DNA of 64,000 bases from positions 10,126 to 74,125 of the forward strand of contig JAGCJJ010000039.1 in NCBI GenBank assembly GCA_017648065.1. The letters run 5' to 3'. The notes under the pieces were generated by a model. It searched no databases. It saw only the letters and a list, made by a program, of their open reading frames with translations, and was not told the DNA's origin. This document shows positions 28,472 to 37,574 of this stretch, one piece after another (within the stretch, counting starts at the first letter, position 1; every line of letters starts with the position of its first letter). This DNA is from Kiritimatiellia bacterium. Lineage in GTDB: Bacteria; Verrucomicrobiota; Kiritimatiellia; RFP12; UBA3636. A program made the position numbers and the translations under genes.

Positions 28472-29272
28472 TTATTGATAGATTCTTACATAATCTATTT
28501 CATAGCGGGCAGGGAAGATACTTTCATCAACCCCTTGCTGTCCACCCCAATTACCACCAATTGCTAAATTGATAAGTAAAAACATTGGAGCATCAAATGG
28601 ATATGGATCCATGTCTATAGCTTCTCGCTTAACTTCGCCAACCAGAACATCATCAATTATATAACGGAAGCCTTCTTCATCCCATTCTACAACAAAAACA
28701 CCCATACTTTCTTCTGGCTTAGTTGTTTTATGTGTTATTGAGCCAGTGCCAGTATGCTTTCTGTTTTTGCTTCCATGAAGTGTAAAATGAAATGTACTTG
28801 GATTAAAGCCTACATACTCCATGATATCAATTTCACCACAACGTGGCCAGCCAATGCTATGAATATTTGTGCCCATCATCCATAGAGCAGGCCATGTTCC
28901 TTTACCTTTAGGAACTTTGGCTTTTATTTCAAAGCGTCCATATTTCCAAGATGCTTTACCAAAGGTTGTTATCTCAGCAGATGTACAAGAAGCAATGCCT
29001 TTGCCGTAATCGTATTTCTCACGATGTGCTTCAATAATGAGTTTGCCATCTTCAAATCGGAGATTTTTTGAACGATTATATGTGTAGTATTGAATTTCGT
29101 TATTTCTTAAATAACCAACATCAAACTTCCACTTACTTGTGTCGAGTGAATTAGAATTAAATTCATCATTCCACACAAGCTTTAAGGTTTTTCCTTTTGT
29201 TGTTACTACAGTATCATTTATCAATGCAGTACCATACAATGGATATAAAAAGGCGATGGTGACGCCAAGCAT
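28472..29272 (-). CDS. GH16 beta-glucanase (laminarinase-like), copy 2; secreted or membrane-anchored
   Basis: Same GEIDIMEY motif. Almost identical to copy 1 across the central ~100 aa. The ATG at 29272 gives MLGVTIAFLYPLYGTA... The ORF-tool start at 29362 is TTG and would add a KR-containing n-region, so the true start is uncertain (29272-29362). Confidence 0.75.
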   Translation of the reverse strand: MLGVTIAFLYPLYGTALINDTVVTTKGKTLKLVWNDEFNSNSLDTSKWKFDVGYLRNNEIQYYTYNRSKNLRFEDGKLIIEAHREKYDYGKGIASCTSAEITTFGKASWKYGRFEIKAKVPKGKGTWPALWMMGTNIHSIGWPRCGEIDIMEYVGFNPSTFHFTLHGSKNRKHTGTGSITHKTTKPEESMGVFVVEWDEEGFRYIIDDVLVGEVKREAIDMDPYPFDAPMFLLINLAIGGNWGGQQGVDESIFPARYEIDYVRIYQ

Positions 29273-29303
29273 CAACCATCGCTTTAAAGTAGTAATTTGG
29301 GGT

Positions 29304-30728
29304 TTATTCACAAAGTTCACCACGTTTTTTTCTGTCAAGGTAGCTGCGTGTCTCTCTTGCAACTACACCAGAAAGAAGAATCAAGGAAATACAGTTAGGA
29401 ATTGCCATCAATCCGTTTGTAATATCAGCAATTGTGAATACTGCCTCAACTGTGAAGTATGGTCCAATTGCAATCATGATAATGTAAAGAACTCTGTAAA
29501 CCATAACAAACTTCATGTTTCCATTTGAAAGGTATTCCAAGCACTTCTCTGAATAGTAATCCCAGCCTAAGATTGTTGTGAAAGCAAAGAATGCCAAGCA
29601 AACCATTAGCAGGAACTGTACAGAAACACCATCGCCACCCAATACGAAAGATAGAGACTTAGATGTCAGCTGAACACCAGTAGCACCATCTGCAGCAAAC
29701 TGTGGGTTGCACATTGCGATAATGATTGCAAGGCCTGTCATTGTACATACGATAAGAGTATCGATAACAGTACCAGTCATGTTTACAAGACCCTGCTCAA
29801 CAGGTTCCTTTGTCTGTACTGGAGCTGCAGCGATAGGTGCAGAACCAAGACCAGCCTCGTTAGAGAAAATACCACGAGCAATACCTTTCTGCATTGCATC
29901 CATAACCTGCTTCATTACAAAACCAGCAGCACCACCTGCAGCAGCCTGCCAGCCAAATGCTGATTTGAAGATTAGTGCGAATGCTGCAGGAATAGCTGTA
30001 GCATTCATAATAATTACAGATAGACCTAAGAATATATAAACGATTGCCATTGCAGGAACAACCTTTTCAGCAACCTTTGAGATACGCTTTAGACCACCAA
30101 TAATTACAAGAGCAGCACAAATAGTAACAATAGCACCGCCGATTACTGTTGCATAGTTGTAATCATTACCAAATAATGTGAATGCTTTAGGAGAATCAGC
30201 AAATGCCATATTAACGGCAGATGTAATACCATTGATCTGTGTCATTGTACCGATACCAAGTACACCAGCTATAACACCGAATAGTGCAAATAATATAGCA
30301 AGCCATTTCCATTTTTGTCCTAAACCTTTTTCAATAGTATAGAAAGGACCACCCAATACAGAACCATCTGGCTTAACTTCGCGGTACTTAATAGCTAGCA
30401 TACATTCTGCATATTTTGTTGCTGTACCAAGAATAGCAGCAAACCACATCCAGAACATAGCACCAGGACCACCTGTAGCGATAGCTGTTGCTACACCAAC
30501 GATGTTACCAGTACCAATTGTTGCAGATAGAGCAGTGCAAAGTGCAGAGAAACCAGATAGCTCACCAGCACCAACGTTCTTTTTGAATATCTGCTTGAAC
30601 GCAGTACCAAGATTTGTGAACTGGATACCGCGTGTACGGATTGTTAATAGCAAGCCTGTTGCTAGAATCAATGCGATTGTTGGAATACCCCAAACAATAT
30701 CATCTATTTTTACTAATATTTCGTTCAT
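29304..30728 (-). CDS. Alanine/glycine:cation symporter (AGCS family), copy 2
   Basis: 474 aa and homologous to copy 1 over its full length (GTGNIVGVATAIATGGPGA, FSNEAGLGSAPIAAAPV). Confidence 0.9.
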   Translation of the reverse strand: MNEILVKIDDIVWGIPTIALILATGLLLTIRTRGIQFTNLGTAFKQIFKKNVGAGELSGFSALCTALSATIGTGNIVGVATAIATGGPGAMFWMWFAAILGTATKYAECMLAIKYREVKPDGSVLGGPFYTIEKGLGQKWKWLAILFALFGVIAGVLGIGTMTQINGITSAVNMAFADSPKAFTLFGNDYNYATVIGGAIVTICAALVIIGGLKRISKVAEKVVPAMAIVYIFLGLSVIIMNATAIPAAFALIFKSAFGWQAAAGGAAGFVMKQVMDAMQKGIARGIFSNEAGLGSAPIAAAPVQTKEPVEQGLVNMTGTVIDTLIVCTMTGLAIIIAMCNPQFAADGATGVQLTSKSLSFVLGGDGVSVQFLLMVCLAFFAFTTILGWDYYSEKCLEYLSNGNMKFVMVYRVLYIIMIAIGPYFTVEAVFTIADITNGLMAIPNCISLILLSGVVARETRSYLDRKKRGELCE

Positions 30729-30775
30729 TTATTTACTTTCAGTTTCGTTTTGTGTTTTTTCTTTTAGTTAGAAAA

Positions 30776-32323
30776 TTAAATAATCTCAAGCTCAATAGGC
30801 ATTGTAGATGTCATGTGTACGACAGGTTTCTCATCAGCAGAGCTGCGTGCTTCACATATCAAAGAAATCTCATTGCCATCAGCAAGAGTAATTTTTTCAA
30901 TACCATGACGCTCTAGCAAGCGTACCTTCCATGTAATTTTGCCAGGATTGAATACTATACCAAATACATCTTGGATTAGCATACCAATAGGAGTCAAACC
31001 TGAGAAGCCAACAAATTCATCGCGTACAGGTGCTCCATAGAGCTTTCCTGGTGCAATATCTTCCGGATGGTAACTTTCCCAAATTGTTTTTGTGTTTTCC
31101 CAAACTTTTGCAACAGCACTTACATGCTTGCGTGCGAGCTTATGCGCTTCATCTGAGTAGCCGCATGCATCTAAGCCACGAATAATTGCCCACTCAGTAA
31201 TGCACCATACACCGCCACGCCAGTAGTTACCACCATCTGGCTCATAGCCATTTGCATCTTTAGAAAGAGAACGTGTTCCGCATGGAGCAGCAAATGTTTC
31301 TGGATTGTTTAAAGATCTTATTAAAGCTTGTGCTTGCTCCTTTGAAGCAATACCTGCAAGAAGAGCCCAAAATCCACCAATGTGCTTTACATCAATAGCC
31401 TTACCATTTCTATCTAAGTCATGGTAGTGCTCTGTCTTTTCATTCCACATTTGCTCGTTAGCCAATTTTGTCAGAATATCAATTTCTTCAAGCAATTCTT
31501 CGTCTTTATCTCTGCCAATAATAGTTGCCATTTCACAAAGGCACTTAGCATTGAAGAGTTGCTGAAGAGTAACGTCTACCCAAGAAACAAATCCATGATG
31601 AAATTCAGCTGAGTGGCGCTCTGTATCATAGCGAGGGATGTTGTCCATACCGCAACCCCAACCAGAGCATTTATACGAGCCATCCTTCCAAGTGCGAGTT
31701 TCGCGTAGGAAATTGTGATAAGCAAGAAGAACTGGGTAAACTTTTGCAAGGCGCTCTTTATTACCAGTGAAACGATACCACTCAAGCTCTGCCCAAGCAA
31801 AGATATTGCCACCAACTGATGATAGGTCACTACGCTCAAATTGGCTTCTTCCGTCATATACACCTAGCTGGCGAGGAATAAATCCACCAGCATCCTGTGC
31901 TGCATAAAAATTGTCTAATTGGTTGATAAATGTAAAAATGTTTGAAGCATATTTACCAAACATTGTGATAAAGCATGAACCCCAAATAAATACGCTGCTG
32001 CTAAAAGGAGTGTAAACAAAATTACGCTTAAAGTTTGTTCCTTTTTCAGGCTGATGTAATTTTACACCAAGCATTCTCCAAGAATCTGCAAATGCACCTA
32101 CCTCATTAGGATGACCATCCCAAATTACTTTTGGTGTAAGGTCTCTCCATACAGAAGCATCTGGCAGTGGTTTATCTTCGCGAGGAGCCTTTACAAATGA
32201 ATTTTCTTTGTAGAAAGGAGATGTATGACCAATTGTTGTAAAGTAATATGCATTACGATTACAATCATCCTCATCAAGCTTATCAAGCTCTAATTTCTTG
32301 ATGTCTTCATCATTATTGTCCAT
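30776..32323 (-). CDS. Cytoplasmic (alpha/alpha)6-barrel 'six-hairpin' glycosidase-like protein (GH63/GH100/GDB1-like; family unassigned)
   Basis: 515 aa with no signal peptide. Trp/Gly-rich segments (GGFWALLAGI, YWRGGVWCITEWAI, SGWGCGMDNIP) resemble six-hairpin glycosidases. SD AGGAG before the ATG. Confidence 0.45.
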   Translation of the reverse strand: MDNNDEDIKKLELDKLDEDDCNRNAYYFTTIGHTSPFYKENSFVKAPREDKPLPDASVWRDLTPKVIWDGHPNEVGAFADSWRMLGVKLHQPEKGTNFKRNFVYTPFSSSVFIWGSCFITMFGKYASNIFTFINQLDNFYAAQDAGGFIPRQLGVYDGRSQFERSDLSSVGGNIFAWAELEWYRFTGNKERLAKVYPVLLAYHNFLRETRTWKDGSYKCSGWGCGMDNIPRYDTERHSAEFHHGFVSWVDVTLQQLFNAKCLCEMATIIGRDKDEELLEEIDILTKLANEQMWNEKTEHYHDLDRNGKAIDVKHIGGFWALLAGIASKEQAQALIRSLNNPETFAAPCGTRSLSKDANGYEPDGGNYWRGGVWCITEWAIIRGLDACGYSDEAHKLARKHVSAVAKVWENTKTIWESYHPEDIAPGKLYGAPVRDEFVGFSGLTPIGMLIQDVFGIVFNPGKITWKVRLLERHGIEKITLADGNEISLICEARSSADEKPVVHMTSTMPIELEII

Positions 32324-32353
32324 ACTTGCTCCTTAGTTATACGAAACAAAAAA

Positions 32354-33586
32354 TTAAACAGTTCTGCCAATGCCAGCAACACGTAATGTAAATGTGCTAC
32401 CAATAAATGGAGTGTTGTGAGATTTTGAAGCAATATCTGCTTCTGAAAATTGCCATTCTTCTTCCTTCAAAAATGCAACAGTTGTTGAGCCATTATCAAA
32501 GAGAGAAGGAATAGAAATATTCAACAGGGCAGCAGGGCGAACAGTCCAGCACTTACACCATTCAATTGGAGACATTCCTGCCTCAGTAACCATTGCTGTC
32601 CAAGAAGCAGGTGCTGCAGTTTCAAGACCAATGATGCCAAACATAGCCTTTGCAAAGCCACCTTCTTTCTTTTGTGCAGAATGAGGTGCATGGTCTGTAG
32701 CAAAGCAACAAATTGTTCCATCAAGAACGCCTTTACGTAGAGCCGCTACATCGCTTTCAAGACCAAGTGGTGGATTCATTTTCCAATTAGAAGCAGAAGC
32801 ATCAGGAATTTGCTCTGCAGCTAGCATCAAATGGTGTGGAGTTGCTTCTGCTGTGATGCTTACACCTTCTGCTTGAGCCTTAGCAATTACATCTACTGCT
32901 TCTGCACAAGAAAGATGCTGAATATGCATGCGGCAACCAATCTTGCGAGCAACCTCAATATCGCGTTTGACAGCTTCAACCTCAGCAGCATCTGGGAAAA
33001 TCTTTTCGCCTTCACATGCTTCGCATTTACGCATTACACCGCCATTAACAATAGATGGAACAACAGCATGATCCATCACAACTTTGTTAAGCGCTTTGCA
33101 ATCCTCTGCAATTTTATACATTGCTTCATCTGGCATAACATAGTTACCATCGTCAGTAAATGCTATTGCAGATGGAAGCTCTGCAGGGTTGACTGCTTCT
33201 TTACCAGCACGACCCTTTGTGCAGCAAGCTGTAGGGTAAAGAGTTACTAAACCTTCTGAATATTTATTTGCTTCATCAATTTGAAAGCGTAATACATCTT
33301 CGGAATCAGCAGCTGGAGTTGTGTTAGGCATTGTTGTTACAATACTAAAACCACCAGCAATTGCTGCAGCCATACCTGTAGCTATTGTTTCAGAATCAGT
33401 TGCACCTGGCTCTCTAAAATGTGTGTGAATATCTACTAAGCCAGGCATTACAATATAACCAGTACCATCATAAGAGCCATCGCTAAGCTGTGGCAGAGTC
33501 GGTATGCGAGAACCCTCAATATTAAGCTCTCCTATGCAATCCTTTTCTGTGGCAGGGTCTAGTATTCTTAAATTCTTAATTAACAT
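32354..33586 (-). CDS. pyrC: Dihydroorotase
   Basis: Amidohydrolase metal-binding signature GLVDIHTHFREPG, plus a DHAPH motif region. 410 aa. Confidence 0.8.
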   Translation of the reverse strand: MLIKNLRILDPATEKDCIGELNIEGSRIPTLPQLSDGSYDGTGYIVMPGLVDIHTHFREPGATDSETIATGMAAAIAGGFSIVTTMPNTTPAADSEDVLRFQIDEANKYSEGLVTLYPTACCTKGRAGKEAVNPAELPSAIAFTDDGNYVMPDEAMYKIAEDCKALNKVVMDHAVVPSIVNGGVMRKCEACEGEKIFPDAAEVEAVKRDIEVARKIGCRMHIQHLSCAEAVDVIAKAQAEGVSITAEATPHHLMLAAEQIPDASASNWKMNPPLGLESDVAALRKGVLDGTICCFATDHAPHSAQKKEGGFAKAMFGIIGLETAAPASWTAMVTEAGMSPIEWCKCWTVRPAALLNISIPSLFDNGSTTVAFLKEEEWQFSEADIASKSHNTPFIGSTFTLRVAGIGRTV

Positions 33587-33609
33587 TTCAGATGATTCTA
33601 TTTTTATGG

Positions 33610-35097
33610 TTATTTCTTTTCAGGAGGAAGACAACCTTTTGTTTGAGAACAATTGTGGCATCCATGTGGGCATTCGTGTGGCATAGAAACGTCTTCGCCA
33701 TTCCAACAGAAGGTGCAGATACCTTTTAGACCAAGAGCCTTCTTAAAGTCATCCAAACGCTGGAATGCAAGAGAATCAAGCTTGAATTGCTCTCTTAAAA
33801 TATCAACCATATTTTTGTATGGAGCACCATCAGGATCGCGATACTTTGAAATATCTGCATTTTCACCTTCCAATTCTTTAATTGCACGGCGTGTGGCAAG
33901 GTCAAGAACAGAGCGAGAAGAAGAGAAGTTCAAGAACTTACATGGGTAAAGCAGAGGAGGGCAAGCAATTCGCATATGCATTTCGCGAGCACCTGCTTTA
34001 CGAATAATAGATGTTTGATCCATTAGCTGAGTGCCACGAACAATAGAATCATCGCAGAAGATAATGCTCTTATCTTTAATGAGCTCTTTAATTGCCAGAA
34101 GCTTCATCTTGGCAATATGCTTACGTGTGGATTGGCGTGTAGGAGTAAAGCTGCGTGCCCATGTTGGTGTGTACTTAATGAATGGGCGGCCATACCGTAT
34201 TTTTGAATACTCAGCAAAACCAAGTGCATGGCTGACACCAGAATCAGGAATGCCTGCAACTAAATCAGCAGGTACGCATGATGCTTCAGCAAGCTTTGCT
34301 CCATTCTTGTAGCGGCTTTCCTCAACATTTATTCCTTCATAGGTTGAAGCAGGGAATCCATAATATACATAGAAGAATGAGCAGATAGCCATTTTCTCAT
34401 ATTGTGGCTCAGACAATGTTTCATAACCTTGATTTGAAACACGAATAATTTCTGCAGGACCTAAATCCTTTACATGCTCATAACCAAGTGTTAAAAAAGC
34501 TGAGGATTCAATAGTGACTGCATAAGAACCATCTTTCTTACCAAGAATTACAGGAGTTCTGCCATAATAATCGCGTGAAGCATAAATATCACCAGAATCG
34601 GTAAGAATCAAAATTGAGCAAGAACCTTTAATGCGTTGTTGAACATACTTAATGCCTTCAACAAAAGAATCTTTGCTATTGATTAAGGCACCGACAACTT
34701 CGGAAGGAGTAATTTCACCTGATTGCATTGCTGCAAAGTGATATGAATTGTCAGCAAGAAAATCTTTGATGATTTCATCCAGGTTGGTGATTAGACCAAC
34801 AGTCATCAAAGCAAATTTTCCCAAATGGGAATAGAAAAGGAGTGGCTGGTCATCTGTATCGCTAATAGAACCGATACCTGATTTAAGTTTGTCATTTGTA
34901 ATACATTCTGCAAAATCATTTTCGAAGCGAGTTCGAAAAGGTGAATTAGATATGTCATGGATAAAGCGAACAAATTTTTCGCCATCCCAAAATGCCATAC
35001 CACCACGATGTGTGCCTAGATGAGAATGATAGTCTGTTCCATAAAAAACATCAGCAACGCAATTTGCAGATGATGTCGAACCAAAAAAGCCACCCAT
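33610..35097 (-). CDS. purF: Amidophosphoribosyltransferase, Bacillus-type (propeptide plus Fe-S cluster cysteines)
   Basis: PRTase motif IFCDDSIVRGTQL and an Ntn glutaminase domain (HSHLGTHRGGMAF resembles QHRGQESAGI). The ORF-tool start at 35142 is TTG. ATG at 35097 with SD GGAG gives MGGFFGSTSSAN-CVADVF..., consistent with a ~12-aa propeptide before the nucleophile Cys. The C-terminus is Cys-rich (CTFCWNGEDVSMPHECPHGCHNC). Confidence 0.75.
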   Translation of the reverse strand: MGGFFGSTSSANCVADVFYGTDYHSHLGTHRGGMAFWDGEKFVRFIHDISNSPFRTRFENDFAECITNDKLKSGIGSISDTDDQPLLFYSHLGKFALMTVGLITNLDEIIKDFLADNSYHFAAMQSGEITPSEVVGALINSKDSFVEGIKYVQQRIKGSCSILILTDSGDIYASRDYYGRTPVILGKKDGSYAVTIESSAFLTLGYEHVKDLGPAEIIRVSNQGYETLSEPQYEKMAICSFFYVYYGFPASTYEGINVEESRYKNGAKLAEASCVPADLVAGIPDSGVSHALGFAEYSKIRYGRPFIKYTPTWARSFTPTRQSTRKHIAKMKLLAIKELIKDKSIIFCDDSIVRGTQLMDQTSIIRKAGAREMHMRIACPPLLYPCKFLNFSSSRSVLDLATRRAIKELEGENADISKYRDPDGAPYKNMVDILREQFKLDSLAFQRLDDFKKALGLKGICTFCWNGEDVSMPHECPHGCHNCSQTKGCLPPEKK

Positions 35098-35371
35098 AAA
35101 ATTTACTCCAAAAGATAGAAAAATCGGTAAAAAATATTTCAAATATAATACAATAATTAGTATTCATTGTAAAACAGAATTTTGCAAAATAATCTTTAAA
35201 ACAGCAGTTGAAGTCTGTGTGGCGTTTAAAAGTGTGAAGTTTTTGACAGGATTAACATCAATTTTTGAGAATGTTGTGTGGTAGCTTACCGGTTTCATAG
35301 AAATATTACTTATTGCCAGATATTTGTGTAGACAATTGGTGATTTTTGTAAAAACTTGTAAATAAATGTGT

Positions 35372-35401
35372 TTGACTTTAAATTGTTATATTACTTATAA
35401 T
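35372..35401 (+). promoter_or_regulatory. Sigma70-type promoter upstream of the fic gene
   Basis: TTGACT (35372-35377), an 18-nt spacer, then TATAAT (35396-35401). Only about 12 nt before the annotated ATG at 35420. A downstream alternative start (Met13, 35456) is possible. Confidence 0.35.
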
Positions 35402-35419
35402 TTATAAGAAAAGCACATC

Positions 35420-36484
35420 ATGTTAAGTATCCATAAGAACAATAAAATCTTACTAATGAAAAAATATACTCCTCCTTACACAATTTCAGAAAAAGCAATA
35501 AACCTTATTGCTGAAATATCTGCTTTGGTAGAAAGTATAAGTTTGAATACATTAGATTCACAAGATTTGCGTCTTAGGAAAACGAATTTGATTAAGACAA
35601 TTCATGGCTCAACTGCTATAGAAGGCAATACTTTAACAGAGAAGCAAATTACGGCTATTCTTAATGGGAAAAAGGTTGTTGCACCTCAAAAAGAGATTGA
35701 TGAAGTTATGGGGGCAGCAGCAGCTTATGAACAAATAAACAAAATAAATCCTTGTAAAATAGATGATTTATTAAAGATTCATACAATAATGATGAGTAAT
35801 TTGGTTGATGAACCTGGCGTATTTCGTACTACACAAGTAGGCGTTATAGATGCTTCTGGTAATGTAATTCATATGCCACCAAATGCATCTGAAGTTTTTG
35901 CCTTAATCAATGAATTATTAGAATGGTTAAAGAGGACAGATGCTCATCCTCTTATAAAGAGTTGTGTTTTTCATTATGAATTTGAGTTTATTCATCCATT
36001 TATTGACGGTAATGGCCGCGTAGGGCGTTTTTTACAAACGGCGATATTAGGTAAATGGAAGAAGATTTTTTATGATATTCCAATAGAAAATATTGTTTGG
36101 CAAAATCAAAATGGGTACTATCTGGCACTACGACGTTCTTCTCTCGTAGGAGATTCTTTCCCATTCATTGAATTTATGCTTGAACGAATAAAAGAAGCAA
36201 TTTTAGCGATAGACAAAAAGCGGATAAAACATGTCGGTGTAAATGTCGGTGTAAATGTCGGTGTAAAACTTTCTGCAAGGGAGTGTGATTTGCTTGAACT
36301 ATTGCGTCTAGACAGTACCTTAACAGCTGTTCGTATTGCAGAAACATATTCAATTTCCACACGTCAAGCTGAGCGTTTATTGACAAGTTTGAAGAAAAAA
36401 GGTCTTATTTCCAGAAAAGGATCTGACAAATCCGGATATTGGGAGGTTGTCAAAAATGCGGCAGCCAAACTCAAAAAGCATTAA
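35420..36484 (+). CDS. Fic-family protein (class II: N-terminal inhibitory helix, canonical FIC motif, C-terminal winged-HTH-like domain)
   Basis: Canonical FIC motif HPFIDGNGRVGR, which matches HxFx(D/E)GNGRxxR. Inhibitory motif STAIEGN, which matches [ST]xxxE[GN]. A C-terminal basic segment resembling a DNA-binding domain. Contains an in-frame VGVNVGVNVGVK repeat. Confidence 0.85.
   Translation: MLSIHKNNKILLMKKYTPPYTISEKAINLIAEISALVESISLNTLDSQDLRLRKTNLIKTIHGSTAIEGNTLTEKQITAILNGKKVVAPQKEIDEVMGAAAAYEQINKINPCKIDDLLKIHTIMMSNLVDEPGVFRTTQVGVIDASGNVIHMPPNASEVFALINELLEWLKRTDAHPLIKSCVFHYEFEFIHPFIDGNGRVGRFLQTAILGKWKKIFYDIPIENIVWQNQNGYYLALRRSSLVGDSFPFIEFMLERIKEAILAIDKKRIKHVGVNVGVNVGVKLSARECDLLELLRLDSTLTAVRIAETYSISTRQAERLLTSLKKKGLISRKGSDKSGYWEVVKNAAAKLKKH
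36231..36268 (+). repeat. Perfect 12-nt tandem repeat (ATGTCGGTGTAA x3) inside fic, encoding (VGVN)3
   Basis: Direct reading: ATGTCGGTGTAA ATGTCGGTGTAA ATGTCGGTGTAA at 36231-36266. The unit length is a multiple of 3, so the reading frame is kept. Confidence 0.9.
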
Positions 36485-36752
36485 AAACTAGATATTTAGC
36501 TTGATTTGTTCTACAGAAGCATCCAACTGCTTCATAAAAAACTAACTCATAATTTTCGCTAGACTTCTATACCAACTATTAGATTTGTCTTTAGATTAGA
36601 TTAAATTTATATATATTTATGGTATAAAAAGCGTTAATTTTATTGACAAAATCAGGCCTATTATGGCAAAATATTAAAATATTTTTTACGTGGAAATATA
36701 GTTCCATATATTATTTGATAATAAATAAAGTTAAAGGTTTAGGAGAAATAAA

Positions 36753-37520
36753 ATGTCTCGTCGTATATTGATCGCAGGTAACTGGAAAATGAATAAGACC
36801 TCAGCAGAGGGTGCAGCACTTGTTAAAGAGCTAAAGGCAGCAATTCCATGCTGCTGTCAGAATGGTCCTGAGGTACTAGTTTGCCCTCCATTCCTAACAA
36901 TCCCAGCTGTTGTTGCTGAAGCAAAGGATAGCTGCATTAAGGTTGGTGCTCAGAACGTACACTTTGCTGCAAATGGCGCATACACAGGTGAGTGCTCAAC
37001 AGCAATGCTTAAGGATGCAGGTTGCACACACGTAATCATCGGTCACAGCGAGCGTCGTCAGTATTTTGCTGAGACAGACGAGACAGTTAATCAGCGCACA
37101 AAGGCAGCTGTTGCAGCAGATTTAGTTGCTGTTGTATGCGTTGGTGAGACACTAGAAGAGCGCGAGAATGGCACAATGAAGCAGGTTATCGACCGTCAGG
37201 TACGTGTTGGTCTAGCTGATATGACAGCTGCTGACATGGAGAAGGTTGTTATCGCTTACGAGCCAGTATGGGCAATCGGTACAGGTAAGGTAGCTACTGA
37301 CGAGCAGGCACAGGAAGTACATGCATTTATCCGCGAGGTACTAGCTGATGTATTTGGTGCAGCAACTGCAGAAGCAACACGTATCCTATACGGTGGCAGC
37401 ATGAAGCCAAGCAATGCAGCTGGTCTACTTGCTCAAAAGGATATCGATGGTGGTCTAATCGGTGGCGCAGCTCTTAAGGCAGAGGATTTCTCAGCTATCG
37501 TTAAGGCTGCACTTGCTTAA
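36753..37520 (+). CDS. tpiA: Triosephosphate isomerase
   Basis: SD AGGAGAAATAAA-ATG. Canonical TIM motifs are present: NWKMN, IIGHSERR, AYEPVWAIGTG, GGSMKP. Confidence 0.95.
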   Translation: MSRRILIAGNWKMNKTSAEGAALVKELKAAIPCCCQNGPEVLVCPPFLTIPAVVAEAKDSCIKVGAQNVHFAANGAYTGECSTAMLKDAGCTHVIIGHSERRQYFAETDETVNQRTKAAVAADLVAVVCVGETLEERENGTMKQVIDRQVRVGLADMTAADMEKVVIAYEPVWAIGTGKVATDEQAQEVHAFIREVLADVFGAATAEATRILYGGSMKPSNAAGLLAQKDIDGGLIGGAALKAEDFSAIVKAALA

Positions 37521-37574
37521 TTAGTAGCAGGTTTAATAATTTTGGTTTTATAGTAAATTGGAGGAAATTGTATT

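Noticed and set aside
36231-36268. Possible CRISPR array or other spacer-repeat structure
   Set aside because: There are only three 12-nt units, perfectly tandem with no spacers, entirely inside the fic reading frame. No longer repeat-spacer arrays were seen anywhere in the window.
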